Source: a virus
Virus record (IMG/VR): IMGVR_UViG_3300025154_000069
Coordinates: 15,080 to 79,079 of that record
DNA length: 64,000 bases
Reading direction: 5' to 3' (one strand)
Of the stretch, positions 17,595 through 27,919 are shown in pieces. Made by a program: the position numbers and the translations under genes. Under the pieces are notes generated by a model that was not told where the DNA came from, did no database searches, and saw only the letters and a program-made list of their open reading frames with translations. Within the stretch, counting starts at the first letter, position 1. Each line of letters starts with the position of its first letter.

Positions 17595-19503
17595 TATAAC
17601 TATAGAAAATAAACGAAGGAGAGTAAAAAGACTTACAACGGCAGGGCAAGTTCCTACTGTTCCTGCATCCGATAACCACACAGACGGCACTTGGTTGGTT
17701 ACTGACTTGTACGAAGGTGAGTGGTGTCTAAACACAGTTGATAATATTTTGTATTCTCGGTCAGGAAGCAGCATAATAAAGGTGCAGCCTACCCCATACC
17801 CAGAGTATTCTACTATCGAGAGAGATGCACTAACAGGGGTTGCAAATAATTTTCTAATTTTAAACACAGATACAAATACAGTTCAGATGTATCTTGGTGG
17901 TGCTTGGTATGACCTCACAGAAGAACCGCAAGGAGGTGTGATTCCAGACACTCTTGAATTTTGGGATGATTCACAAGTAGACGGAACCAATCTATACTTA
18001 ATGATTCCAAGAATTACTCGTAACCCTAATGATGGAACACTTATAACGTGCTATGGTATATATTCATCACACACAACCTCTACCCAATTTTTTTTCTTGA
18101 GAAAATCTGTGGATAATGGTAAAACATGGACAGGATTGGATGGTACAGGTACACAAACAAAGATTACCACTACAGACTATGGTAGGAATTGGACTGCTAT
18201 GTTTACAAAAACAGGGCGGTTATTGGTGTTTTATCAGTATAGAACATCCCCCGATGTTCCGGCAACAAAATCAAAGATACTTTATACAGATGATTTAGGT
18301 ACTACGTGGTCTACGCCTTATGAAATTGTAAATCCAGACATACCTGACATTATATACCAACCTTATTTTTTTGATAATAAGGCTATATATAATGATGAGG
18401 GTAACTTAGTTACTCCGTATTGGGTTAGAGTTATTGAAACAGGAAGATGTGCCGTTTGTTTGGCAGAGAGCACAGATAATGGTGAAACATGGAATCCAGA
18501 CTATTCGGTTGCCTTTATAAACGATACGGGGGATATGAAAGAGTTCGGTGAGCAGTCTATGGTTGACTGTGGTGATGGAATCTTTATAATGATAGCTCGT
18601 TTATCCTCTTATGAGAATCCCGATGGTGACAATGTTCCGGTTATAATGACCTCTAAGGATTATGGAAGAACTTGGGCTAATGGTACGGAAACACTTACTC
18701 AGACAAACATAAATAACAAAGAGCATTTGAGTGGGTATGCCTATTTAGAGGGTGTAGGTAAAACAATGGGTACTGTGGTTAATTCATGCTCTGTTTTACC
18801 CCAAATGAATATACTCGAAATTCAAGGGGAAAAATGGTTGGCAATTAACTATTGGTTAAGATATGACGGAGTTTCTTATCAAGATTGGAAATTGACACTT
18901 ATTAATTTAAGAGAGTTTCTTTTGTTAGGTGTAGATTGTATTAAGACAGATTATGAGTACCTTCCATACATGATACACGATTATGCATATAATGGTGGAA
19001 CATATGTAAATGGAGGGAATGGGTGTGCAGAGGTAATAAACAATGAGCTTATTTTAGTCACTTATAATCAGGTTACGTCATACACCACAGGTGGGGAGAG
19101 TGAGCTATCATATGCATTTGTATCTTCATGTATATTGAATAAAATGGTGGATGCATATAGAGCAACAGGTATTAATACCTATAAGACCATTACGTTTAAT
19201 GCTACTGAATCTATAATGGATCATGGTAAATCTAAGGTTGCACAAATAACACTAACGGCTGATGTTACACTATTAAGTATAGATAATATTCCTGACCAAG
19301 ATGGGGGTGAGATTGTCATTATTCAAGATGGAACGGGTGGGTTTGGGATTACCGCTATAGAAAATTCAGAGCTAACCACAAAGTATATTGACGGTAACCC
19401 GCCAATTGCCGCAAATATAAATGCAGTGGCAAATGCACACTCTGTTGTAAACTATAAAAGAGTTGGGTTATTTTTGTATGTTACTTATGGAAAATTTTCA
19501 TAA
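17587..19503 (+). CDS. Receptor-binding/tail spike protein with BNR/Asp-box (sialidase-fold) propeller
   Basis: Four Asp boxes (SVDNGKTW, TDDLGTTW, STDNGETW, SKDYGRTW); N-terminal LYEGEW..NT.D anchor motif. Confidence 0.75.
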   Translation: MADITIENKRRRVKRLTTAGQVPTVPASDNHTDGTWLVTDLYEGEWCLNTVDNILYSRSGSSIIKVQPTPYPEYSTIERDALTGVANNFLILNTDTNTVQMYLGGAWYDLTEEPQGGVIPDTLEFWDDSQVDGTNLYLMIPRITRNPNDGTLITCYGIYSSHTTSTQFFFLRKSVDNGKTWTGLDGTGTQTKITTTDYGRNWTAMFTKTGRLLVFYQYRTSPDVPATKSKILYTDDLGTTWSTPYEIVNPDIPDIIYQPYFFDNKAIYNDEGNLVTPYWVRVIETGRCAVCLAESTDNGETWNPDYSVAFINDTGDMKEFGEQSMVDCGDGIFIMIARLSSYENPDGDNVPVIMTSKDYGRTWANGTETLTQTNINNKEHLSGYAYLEGVGKTMGTVVNSCSVLPQMNILEIQGEKWLAINYWLRYDGVSYQDWKLTLINLREFLLLGVDCIKTDYEYLPYMIHDYAYNGGTYVNGGNGCAEVINNELILVTYNQVTSYTTGGESELSYAFVSSCILNKMVDAYRATGINTYKTITFNATESIMDHGKSKVAQITLTADVTLLSIDNIPDQDGGEIVIIQDGTGGFGITAIENSELTTKYIDGNPPIAANINAVANAHSVVNYKRVGLFLYVTYGKFS

Positions 19504-19575
19504 TTGAGTCAATTAAAACATATATAGGTATTAGAATTTTCAGTAATAATGCATTATTTTTAATAGGTGATTTAT

Positions 19576-19941
19576 ATGGCTACTCCCGCAATTTATAACT
19601 TTGAGAATTGGTTTAGGGGTGATACCTTTGAAGGTTTTACTTTTACTTTGACCGAGGGTGAAACAGAAGAAACCGCTACGCCTATTGATGTGACAGGTGC
19701 TTTAATAAAGATGCAGTTTCGTCTTGGTGACAAAGATGGGGATATAGGTATAGAAATATCAACACTCGATGGAACCATAGAGATAGTTGACGGAGCAGGA
19801 GGCATTATCTACATAAAACCCTTTGATGTTGTGCTTACCCCTGCTGAGTATTTTTATGATTTACAAATTGTTTTCACAGATGATGTAAAGCTTACTCCAT
19901 TTCAAGGGGTGGTTATAGTTGATAATGATACAACGAAATGA
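19576..19941 (+). CDS. BppU N-terminal-like baseplate/fibre adaptor
   Basis: RGDTF...PIDVTGA.IKMQFR...YFYDLQI. Confidence 0.65.
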   Translation: MATPAIYNFENWFRGDTFEGFTFTLTEGETEETATPIDVTGALIKMQFRLGDKDGDIGIEISTLDGTIEIVDGAGGIIYIKPFDVVLTPAEYFYDLQIVFTDDVKLTPFQGVVIVDNDTTK

Positions 19942-21773
19942 GCAATATCTATATAAACATAGTAAGAAATGTTAGGGAGGCTTCAATAAGAGTTGTTAGT
20001 GAAGCCAAGAATAAGGTTATCTTTGTTACGAAAGGAAGGGAGGTTGTCGTTCGTAACAGCGGAACTTACTTGCAATGGAAATATGCGGGGGAGGTTGTGT
20101 GGAGAGATATAGTTGCTCTTTCTGAACTTATGGGAGCCGATGGGAGGGAGGTTGAAATAGGTAACTCTGGAACACATATTGTTTGGAGATACTCTGGTGA
20201 GGAAACATGGACTGAAATTGTTTCCCTCCTCGCTTTAAAAGGAGACCCGGGTGCAGGTATCATATCTGCCGAGTTTTCCGGAGATGATATTTTATTTACT
20301 AAGGATGATGATACAACCGTGTCACTTGTAGGGGCTAAAACTACTTTGGCGGGAACTGATGGAAGAGAAATACAAATGAGGGTTGATTCGGGTTATGTGC
20401 AGTACAAGTATGACACCGACACCGAGTGGACCACTTTTTTTTTGATTTCTGATTACATACCGTATGTTAAATACACTATAAATTTCAACGAATCGGAAAC
20501 CGATTGGGGATTCGTGTCTAAACATGCCGGCAATATTACGACAGTACAGACTACCAATATCAGTTCTTATACGATAGATAAATTGGCGGTAACATTGCCG
20601 AAAGCAGTTGTATTGGACGATACGTACACTGTTCAGATAGTTAAGACAGCACCCGGAACGGCACAGATTGTTTTTAATGTAAAATTGGAAGTGTTCAGTG
20701 AAATCAGCACCATCAATTTTACGCAGGGGGATGGTAAAAAAACCTATGGCTTATCCAATTCAAGCAAATGTGTTTATAAAGTCAACAATGAATTATTGAC
20801 GTTGGCTAATTCTTCAGGGCTTGGAACATGGACGGTTGACCCGTTGGAAACTACAATAGCATTACCGACATTGCCTACGGGGGGGCAATGGGACAGATTG
20901 ATATATGTCAGGTCGGGCAAAATGCTTGTAATGGGGAGCAATCCTGTTAATAGTGCAAATAAATATTTTTGTTATATAAACCCGGATGATTCTGTTGAAA
21001 GTTTAACAGGGGTTTTAAATTCATATAGTAATTTAGTATCCGGTAGTTATACTAAAGACAGGATTTATGTGTCATTTTATGACTATTTGAATGATTATGT
21101 GTATATCAATGACACCGTGTACGAGGCAACGAATTTAAAAAGACTTGATTTAAACACGAATTTGCTTTACGCTCAAACGGCAGTATTTTCTTTTAGAACG
21201 GATTATGCAAAAGAAAAAGTTGTTTTTAATCCGTACCGAAATTCATTCATTGACCTTGGAGATGTTCAAATAACCCCGTCAGGAGAGAAGTATTTGACAT
21301 TTATCAATAGAAATGCGCAATCAACAAAAAGATGGTACAATAGGAAAACAAAAAGATATTACGATGCGTCTTACAATTCTTTATCCGAGCTTGACCAATA
21401 TAATAATCAAATAGCGATTTTAACTGCATCAGGTGTTACCTCCTTGGGAATGACTTATAATTATAGCGTGGATTATGATAATAATATTGCTGTTGTTTGT
21501 TCAGCTAACGCATTTGGTGTATTCAGATTAGGGAGTATGAATTATGGCAGATTTGCGATTCAAAGCCCCGATTCTGTTACGTCAGCAATAACGAATGGCA
21601 TGTATGCATATGGTAATTTACACGTCTTATCTGTCGGGACCGGACGTATTTATACTCCATATACAAAGTTACAGTGCATTGACGTTTCATATCCTTTTCT
21701 TGCGAATCCAAATTTCAATTATTATACATTTCCTTCAACGGTAGTGGATATTTATACTAACAGATTACTATGA
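19938..21773 (+). CDS. Tail fibre/receptor-binding protein
   Basis: Three GRE...(Q/V)W(K/R)Y...W-type repeats, a short collagen-like linker, and a beta-rich C-terminus. Confidence 0.65.
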   Translation: MSNIYINIVRNVREASIRVVSEAKNKVIFVTKGREVVVRNSGTYLQWKYAGEVVWRDIVALSELMGADGREVEIGNSGTHIVWRYSGEETWTEIVSLLALKGDPGAGIISAEFSGDDILFTKDDDTTVSLVGAKTTLAGTDGREIQMRVDSGYVQYKYDTDTEWTTFFLISDYIPYVKYTINFNESETDWGFVSKHAGNITTVQTTNISSYTIDKLAVTLPKAVVLDDTYTVQIVKTAPGTAQIVFNVKLEVFSEISTINFTQGDGKKTYGLSNSSKCVYKVNNELLTLANSSGLGTWTVDPLETTIALPTLPTGGQWDRLIYVRSGKMLVMGSNPVNSANKYFCYINPDDSVESLTGVLNSYSNLVSGSYTKDRIYVSFYDYLNDYVYINDTVYEATNLKRLDLNTNLLYAQTAVFSFRTDYAKEKVVFNPYRNSFIDLGDVQITPSGEKYLTFINRNAQSTKRWYNRKTKRYYDASYNSLSELDQYNNQIAILTASGVTSLGMTYNYSVDYDNNIAVVCSANAFGVFRLGSMNYGRFAIQSPDSVTSAITNGMYAYGNLHVLSVGTGRIYTPYTKLQCIDVSYPFLANPNFNYYTFPSTVVDIYTNRLL

Positions 21774-22159
21774 CAGGATTAAAATACGATATCAGTCAAG
21801 ACGGTTATATCTCCGCATGCGGTTATATGGATAACCTGCCATATACGGTTGATGAGTCGACACCGTTTCAAACTATACAGGATTCGGCATATTGGAGGCA
21901 GGTGAACGGAGAATGGCAAAGATATGACCCTACATGGGTGGATGAGAAATTTAATGTTCGGGTTACGATCCCTGCGGATGTGGTATTGATGAATGACATG
22001 TATCTGCAATTGAAAGGATGGGTATTATACCTTGAAACAATCGGAAGGGCTTTATATATCATGATGAACGGTTTTGTAATCATGTATTTTTACGAATTGC
22101 TTCCCGAACATGAACAAATTTTGAGGCAGGATAATAACGTTTTAATCGAATACAAATGA
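21770..22159 (+). CDS. Putative tail fibre assembly/accessory protein
   Basis: Coupled (ATGA) to the fibre gene. Confidence 0.4.
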   Translation: MTGLKYDISQDGYISACGYMDNLPYTVDESTPFQTIQDSAYWRQVNGEWQRYDPTWVDEKFNVRVTIPADVVLMNDMYLQLKGWVLYLETIGRALYIMMNGFVIMYFYELLPEHEQILRQDNNVLIEYK

Positions 22160-22602
22160 AAAATATTTTTAAATTAATTTCCCTATTGGCTGCTATTGTG
22201 CTCTCCGCCCCTTTGTTTACAATAGCCCTTGTTTTCAACCTATTCCAACTTAGGAAGGGTAAGGTTTTTGTCACATTTTACAGGCTTTTTAAAGAGGTTG
22301 TGAACATAGTTTTCGATATCTTTCTAACCGTTGCCATTATCATAGACAGGCTCGCTAATGTTATTGTAGGTGATCTTATAGAGAGGTGTGTAACAAAAGA
22401 AAGAGATACCACCTTCGGGAAAAATGATTGGACTATATCAGCAAGTCTCGGAAAACTTCAAAGTGAAGTAAAGCTAATAAAATTCGGGGTGAAGTTTGTT
22501 CGGTTTATAGACCGCATATTTGGTAAGTTTCACTGTAGGGATGCCTACAATTTTCGCAAAATGAAAGCAAATTTTGAGGGTAATGCTACCGGTATATCAT
22601 AA
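22156..22602 (+). CDS. Membrane protein
   Basis: N-terminal TM; IDRLANV...FG...TISASLGK...HC motif. Confidence 0.55.
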   Translation: MKNIFKLISLLAAIVLSAPLFTIALVFNLFQLRKGKVFVTFYRLFKEVVNIVFDIFLTVAIIIDRLANVIVGDLIERCVTKERDTTFGKNDWTISASLGKLQSEVKLIKFGVKFVRFIDRIFGKFHCRDAYNFRKMKANFEGNATGIS

Positions 22603-22609
22603 AATAATT

Positions 22610-22617
22610 TAACTTTG
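22610..22617 (+). promoter_or_regulatory. Bacteroidota-type -7 promoter box (TAACTTTG)
   Basis: TAnnTTTG in an intergenic gap. Confidence 0.5.
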
Positions 22618-22641
22618 GTAAAAATTTAAAACTAAACTGAT

Positions 22642-22887
22642 ATGGCTACAAAATTATATATTGATACGAATCTGTGCTTTGTGGGGGATAAGTTTTTCCC
22701 TAAAGGCCATATAAAGGGTAAGACATATGAGTCCAACACCAAGATAAGGCTGTGGGATATTTTTGATTCTTCCCCCGATGTTCCCTTGTTTGACGGTCTT
22801 GTTACCGAGCTTACAGAATCCGACGGTACTCCTTATGCTGATTGGTCTGCTGTTAAAGTTGTTTTACAAAGTTTTTTCATTGCTTAA
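22642..22887 (+). CDS. Hypothetical protein
   Basis: ORF with A-rich leader. Confidence 0.6.
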   Translation: MATKLYIDTNLCFVGDKFFPKGHIKGKTYESNTKIRLWDIFDSSPDVPLFDGLVTELTESDGTPYADWSAVKVVLQSFFIA

Positions 22888-22897
22888 TACAAATACT

Positions 22898-23335
22898 ATG
22901 TGGGAAAAATATTTTTTACTCATTTGTTTGATCTTAATAGTTCTTATTAAAGCTATATCTGATGGTTACAGGTATTTATTTGAAACCGAGAAAGAGGAGG
23001 TTAAAAGCACTTCCTATGGCTATATGTTCCACTTTATGAACTTTGCTGTTTTACTCATACCATTACTTATTATTCCTGCCTTTTTTGTTGGTGGTTTTTT
23101 TGAGCCCGTTGATATTCTATGGCTTGGAGTATCTTTCATTTGCATATACGCAGGTATCTTCGACTTTTTTTATAACTTGGTTGTTGGTAAACACCCTCTA
23201 TACATAGGTGATACCGCACTAACCGATAAAGCTTTGAGGAAGATATTCAGGTCTGCTACCTCAAAAATGTGGTACATGGGATTAAAATTTTTGATTTTTT
23301 GTTTAGGTATTCTTATAGTAATTGACGTAATGTAA
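22898..23335 (+). CDS. Multi-pass membrane protein (holin candidate)
   Basis: About four hydrophobic segments; start moved to ATG 22898. Confidence 0.5.
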   Translation: MWEKYFLLICLILIVLIKAISDGYRYLFETEKEEVKSTSYGYMFHFMNFAVLLIPLLIIPAFFVGGFFEPVDILWLGVSFICIYAGIFDFFYNLVVGKHPLYIGDTALTDKALRKIFRSATSKMWYMGLKFLIFCLGILIVIDVM

Positions 23336-23342
23336 CAGTACA

Positions 23343-24116
23343 ATGGAAGAAACACAAGGATTTTTTGATATAATTAAAGAGGCGTTTGCTCATGGGTATT
23401 GGAAGGGAGTTCTAATCCTAATAGTTGTCATGCTTTTCTTTATCCTGTATAAGACTTTACAGGACTCTGACATAAAACAGGCTATAAGAGATTGGTTTAG
23501 ACGAAAGACGTACTCTTTCAACGAGGCCAAGCTCAACAGTCACCCATACTTTCAAAGTCAACCAAAATTAAAATATAAGGTCTGCAATTTAAACTTCCCT
23601 AATGCACAATATAAAACTCTAATCTTTAGAGTTTTGCTTGGTACGGAGCTATCGGTCGGTATGGAGGTTGTTAAAGAATTTGTTACCCATGACTTTAAGA
23701 AGGTTACCGCAGATGAGTTGTTTACTAAACAGATTGAACTTCTTGAATCGGCTAAGAAAAACTTCGACACAAAGGTTATCCCTGAGCTTGAAAGTGTTTG
23801 TGAAAGAGAGTTGGCTGCTCTTCTTACTTATGATGATGCTTTAGCTAAAAAATCCAAGTGTGCGAGGGAAATATTCCACTATGTTATGTATACAACCAAT
23901 GGTTATGATGCTGCACGAAACAGGAGAACAGAGTTGTTGGTTGAAAATATGGAGATGCTTAGAGATAGCATAACCTTTCAATCAAGCAACGAGCGTAATT
24001 ATTTCTTTTTGGAAATCCTTAGTTCTTTCACAAGTCAAGCTATTCTAAGAGCTGAACAAGATTTTAGAGGCTTTAATGGTGAGATTGAAAAGATTTTTGC
24101 AAACAGTTTAAAATAA
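23343..24116 (+). CDS. Single-TM helical protein (holin-like candidate)
   Basis: N-terminal TM then a helical soluble domain. Confidence 0.45.
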   Translation: MEETQGFFDIIKEAFAHGYWKGVLILIVVMLFFILYKTLQDSDIKQAIRDWFRRKTYSFNEAKLNSHPYFQSQPKLKYKVCNLNFPNAQYKTLIFRVLLGTELSVGMEVVKEFVTHDFKKVTADELFTKQIELLESAKKNFDTKVIPELESVCERELAALLTYDDALAKKSKCAREIFHYVMYTTNGYDAARNRRTELLVENMEMLRDSITFQSSNERNYFFLEILSSFTSQAILRAEQDFRGFNGEIEKIFANSLK

Positions 24117-24121
24117 ACAAA

Positions 24122-25561
24122 ATGCCTATAACAGCAAAGCCGTTCTCTTATGACGAGCAAATACAAAATATATCCTTCTCGGGTAGACCTGCGTTCTTCA
24201 ATGCAAAAGACCTTGAAAAGAAGGGGGATATTGTTAAGAATGCGTTAGTAAATGCTATCGACTATCTCGGTGTTAAATCAACTGCTGTTGTAACGGTTAC
24301 TAATGTTGTCGATACGGGATCTTCTGGAACGGTTATTCCTGACATTACAGGATGGAATACAAACGACAGTTATAAGACTATGACTCCCCCATCAGGTGAT
24401 TATAGAGAAAGAACTTTGTCTTTCGATTACTCTATTTCTGCTGGGTATGTGTACACTAAAGGTGTTCGATTTAAGGTTACGGCTACTACAGGAAGCTTCT
24501 CAAAAGAATATGCATGGAAAGAAGGTACTCCACCATTGGCCGCTTACGTTGTTCTCTCATCGGAGCTCATCACAAAAAATTTCGGGGATGGAAAGCCTAA
24601 CTCGAATACTCTTTGTGGTATTCAGTCTACTGAATATCCTACTCTGGTTCCTTCTTGTAGCATTCAACAATACGATACACCCACTATATCTTGCGTTTCT
24701 TTGCCTTCATCGGTCTCTAACTTTGTGTGTATACTTTATACTGTCCTTCCCTCCGAATCCGGGGGTACGGTTGTATACACCACATTTAGAAACTCGGAGG
24801 ATATAGATGGTATAGAGGTTGCAACTGACACATATGTTCCCGGCATACTGTACGCCAATTATTCCCTACTTGAAAAACTCAATGCTTTCGAGTATGAGCC
24901 TGTTGGGTTGGTTTATCGTGGTGCTATTGGAAGCTCACAAGACTTGAACAACTATAAAACAATGGGGATATGGGTTATCAATTATCTTTCTAAGCCCTCT
25001 AATGTTCCCTCTGACACTATTCTCGGTGCTTCCTCTACCCCCGATTCATCTTTTTACTTAGAGGTTAGGTACTTTGGTGATTCCACAAAGGTTGCTCAGT
25101 TTATTGGTAACAGAAAAGGAATACTTGCTAAAAGATACTTCGGTTCTGGTGGTTGGTCGTCTTGGGTAAGCTATTGGAGTAGCCAGACAGCAACTCTTTT
25201 AGGTTCCGATGCGTGCTCTATCGTAAGTCCTTACGCAATGCAAAATCACGGTGCTTGGGTTACTGCTACTCTCGTTAATGCTTGGACAGGGTTTTTTAAG
25301 TATAGAAAACTTACTAACGGACTAATAGAGGTTAAATTTCATCTTGATGGTACAAGCGCAACAAACATCTCGGTAACGGGGGTAGATAGTGGATATTTCC
25401 CGTTAGAGGAAATTATCAGGCCGGCTGTTGGTGATGCAAGTATACGAACCGCTAAAATATCTATTAGTACCCTTGGTCAAGTAGGTGCTTCCGGATATAA
25501 CGGAGCTGATGCTGTTTCCTATGACGGGGTGTTCGATGGAGGTTTTATTTACTCAAAATAA
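24122..25561 (+). CDS. Tail fibre protein with pyocin-knob-like domain
   Basis: DLNNYKTMGIW...P.N.P...LEV...Q...R...WSSW motif; C-terminal YRK..NG.IEV...P domain. Confidence 0.7.
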   Translation: MPITAKPFSYDEQIQNISFSGRPAFFNAKDLEKKGDIVKNALVNAIDYLGVKSTAVVTVTNVVDTGSSGTVIPDITGWNTNDSYKTMTPPSGDYRERTLSFDYSISAGYVYTKGVRFKVTATTGSFSKEYAWKEGTPPLAAYVVLSSELITKNFGDGKPNSNTLCGIQSTEYPTLVPSCSIQQYDTPTISCVSLPSSVSNFVCILYTVLPSESGGTVVYTTFRNSEDIDGIEVATDTYVPGILYANYSLLEKLNAFEYEPVGLVYRGAIGSSQDLNNYKTMGIWVINYLSKPSNVPSDTILGASSTPDSSFYLEVRYFGDSTKVAQFIGNRKGILAKRYFGSGGWSSWVSYWSSQTATLLGSDACSIVSPYAMQNHGAWVTATLVNAWTGFFKYRKLTNGLIEVKFHLDGTSATNISVTGVDSGYFPLEEIIRPAVGDASIRTAKISISTLGQVGASGYNGADAVSYDGVFDGGFIYSK

Positions 25562-25603
25562 AAATATAGTTCTTTTTAAGTCTTAGATAAAAATATTAAT
25601 TAT

Positions 25604-25611
25604 TATCTTTG
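25604..25611 (+). promoter_or_regulatory. Bacteroidota-type -7 promoter box (TATCTTTG)
   Basis: At the start of the replication module. Confidence 0.65.
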
Positions 25612-25629
25612 CTTAAACTTTTGAATTAT

Positions 25630-27243
25630 ATGGATGCACTAATAAAGGGTACACTTACCTTAGATGTTTTTTCCTTAAACGATTTCGCAGGGCTTGTAAA
25701 AGAGCTTACAGTCAAAAACCCAAAATATTCTCAACAACAAAGGTTCTCAAGATTCAAAACAAAGATTCCTGAGTACCTTTCCTTTTATACAGCCAACAAA
25801 ACAGATAATACTATCAGTGTTCCGAGGAGCTTTAAAATTGATAAGTATCTTGATGAACCCCTAACAATAAAAGATCATCGGTCTATAGGCTATATTAAAA
25901 TAAGTAAGGCTAATAATATAATATTAAGAGACTACCAAAAAGAAGTTATAGATTCTTATTTAGCTTTAAAGAGCAAGGGTAAGACCGATATAATGATTAA
26001 CCTAAAACCGGGGGGAGGTAAGACTTTAATAGCTCTTTATCTTGCTTCCATTATAGGGATGAATGTTCTCGTTGTGTGCTTAACAAATCAACTGATAGAT
26101 CAATGGATTCGGGTTATAACCGATGGCTTTAACGCAAATCGTGACCCCTTCTTCCCTGAGTGGACTGCAGGTAAGTATGACCCCAAGAAGGATTATTTAT
26201 ATGATATTACTTTCGCTACCTATAGCCAACTGTCATCTGCTGACAACGGTTCCTTTAGCTATGATGAGGCGTTCTATGAAAGGTTCGGACACATTATATT
26301 TGATGAGTATCACAGGGCTGCTGCCGAAACTTACGGGGTTATTAATGATAGAGCTACCTGCTTCTATAAAACAACTTTAACCGCTACGTTTAGGCGTGCC
26401 GATGGGCTGCATAAAATACTTGCTCACTACATTTCTGATGTTGTCGAAAGTAGCAAAAAGACCGAGCCTGCAAGGGTGTATATAAGAAAGACAGGCATAG
26501 CTAAACCAGATGCATTTTTTACCCGGTTTACTCCCCGTGCAGTCGGATATAATTTCTTGCGCCCGGGGGAATATATAAAGGTCACTAACGGGGCTGAAAC
26601 ATACACGGGAACGCTAAAGAGCAAGGATGCTAAAAACGGTCTTTTATTTGTTGTTGTCGGGGGGAAGATAATGGAATTTAAGGGGTATAAGGCATACCCA
26701 AAATCAGAGATGGTTACTGCCACTATAGATTCCTTCATCTCCTCCGATCTAAGGTTGTACTCTTGTTTAATCAAAGATATTAAGCAGCTCTTGGCTGAGG
26801 GTAGAAAGATAATAGTCACAAGCAAAAACTTAAAGGTGCTTTACCTCACGTATTATTTTTTAGATCGGGCAGGGATTGATGGGTTATGTATTGTTGCTTC
26901 CGACAAGCAAGCAAAATATAAAGGCTTTGTTAAGAAGCTCGGTTATACCCTTGATGAATACGCCAAATACTGTATGAACGAGTCCAGAGTTATTCTTGGA
27001 GTGGATAAGATAGCAAAGGAGGGGATGGATGTTGATAAAGCGGACACCTTATTAATTACCACACCCACGAAGGACCCGGAACAGGTGTTCGGAAGGATAG
27101 ACAGGGATTTTGAGGGTAAGAAAGAGAAAGTTATTTATGCTTACTTCTATGATGTGCCTATATACAGGAATATTGTTCTTAATGACTTTAAGAAAAATAC
27201 TGAGAAGCTCGGACACTCTATTGGTTATTTGCCACAAAAATAA
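25630..27243 (+). CDS. Superfamily 2 (DExH) helicase
   Basis: LRDYQ, PGGGKT, FDEYH, LTAT, EGMD, QVFGRIDR. Confidence 0.9.
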   Translation: MDALIKGTLTLDVFSLNDFAGLVKELTVKNPKYSQQQRFSRFKTKIPEYLSFYTANKTDNTISVPRSFKIDKYLDEPLTIKDHRSIGYIKISKANNIILRDYQKEVIDSYLALKSKGKTDIMINLKPGGGKTLIALYLASIIGMNVLVVCLTNQLIDQWIRVITDGFNANRDPFFPEWTAGKYDPKKDYLYDITFATYSQLSSADNGSFSYDEAFYERFGHIIFDEYHRAAAETYGVINDRATCFYKTTLTATFRRADGLHKILAHYISDVVESSKKTEPARVYIRKTGIAKPDAFFTRFTPRAVGYNFLRPGEYIKVTNGAETYTGTLKSKDAKNGLLFVVVGGKIMEFKGYKAYPKSEMVTATIDSFISSDLRLYSCLIKDIKQLLAEGRKIIVTSKNLKVLYLTYYFLDRAGIDGLCIVASDKQAKYKGFVKKLGYTLDEYAKYCMNESRVILGVDKIAKEGMDVDKADTLLITTPTKDPEQVFGRIDRDFEGKKEKVIYAYFYDVPIYRNIVLNDFKKNTEKLGHSIGYLPQK

Positions 27244-27283
27244 AAGAGTTATTAAGAGTTACTAAGATTTACATTTTATATAT

Positions 27284-27291
27284 TATTTTTG
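27284..27291 (+). promoter_or_regulatory. Bacteroidota-type -7 promoter box (TATTTTTG)
   Basis: TAnnTTTG, intergenic. Confidence 0.55.
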
Positions 27292-27324
27292 CATTACTAA
27301 TTACTAACAATTAAATTTTTGAAG

Positions 27325-27858
27325 ATGAAAATTAAATTAAACGCCAAGGTTATCTTGGAAGGAGAACTTGATGCAGTGGTTATTGATGGAGTTCTTTTTG
27401 TATCGGTCGGAGATGTTTCGGAAATGACGGATTCAAAGAGTGCCCCCACAGCTATCGCAACAAAAACGCAAGAATCGGCAAGAGAACAAAAGGAAGAGGT
27501 TGCAAAACCTAAGAAAGAAAAGGTGACTGAAAAAGCACCCGTGGAAGAACCAAAAAAGACAAAGAAGGGAAAGAAAGAAAAAATGGTTGAGCTTGAAGAT
27601 TTAGACTCGGTTGAACCCGGAGATACTTACAAGCTGAAATTCCCGTCAACGATGCTTGATGATTCTGACGACCCGGATTTATCCTATTCGGTGTTGGTTA
27701 AATCCGTTACAGAGGATGCTATTCAATTCAAACTCACGGAAAGTTACGAAAACTTCTCGGTGGATGAGTTTGAGATCGAACTAAATGACTTTGATGCAGA
27801 AAATTTTGAGGGAGATGATGAGTTTCCGGCTAAATTGTTCGTTGCAGTTGTTGAGTAA
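27325..27858 (+). CDS. Hypothetical acidic protein
   Basis: Has its own promoter box and terminator; K/E linker between two small domains. Confidence 0.6.
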   Translation: MKIKLNAKVILEGELDAVVIDGVLFVSVGDVSEMTDSKSAPTAIATKTQESAREQKEEVAKPKKEKVTEKAPVEEPKKTKKGKKEKMVELEDLDSVEPGDTYKLKFPSTMLDDSDDPDLSYSVLVKSVTEDAIQFKLTESYENFSVDEFEIELNDFDAENFEGDDEFPAKLFVAVVE

Positions 27859-27873
27859 TTAATGTTTCGGTAC

Positions 27874-27904
27874 GGGCTGAGTTCACTCTTAGCCCTACCT
27901 TTTT
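27874..27904 (+). terminator. Probable intrinsic terminator
   Basis: GGGCTGAG-TTCACT-CTTAGCCC then a T tract. Confidence 0.6.
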
Positions 27905-27919
27905 GTAAAACAATCACAC

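Noticed and set aside
17587-25561. Diversity-generating retroelement or invertible tail-fibre cassette
   Set aside because: No reverse transcriptase, invertase or TR/VR-like repeat pair seen in the window.
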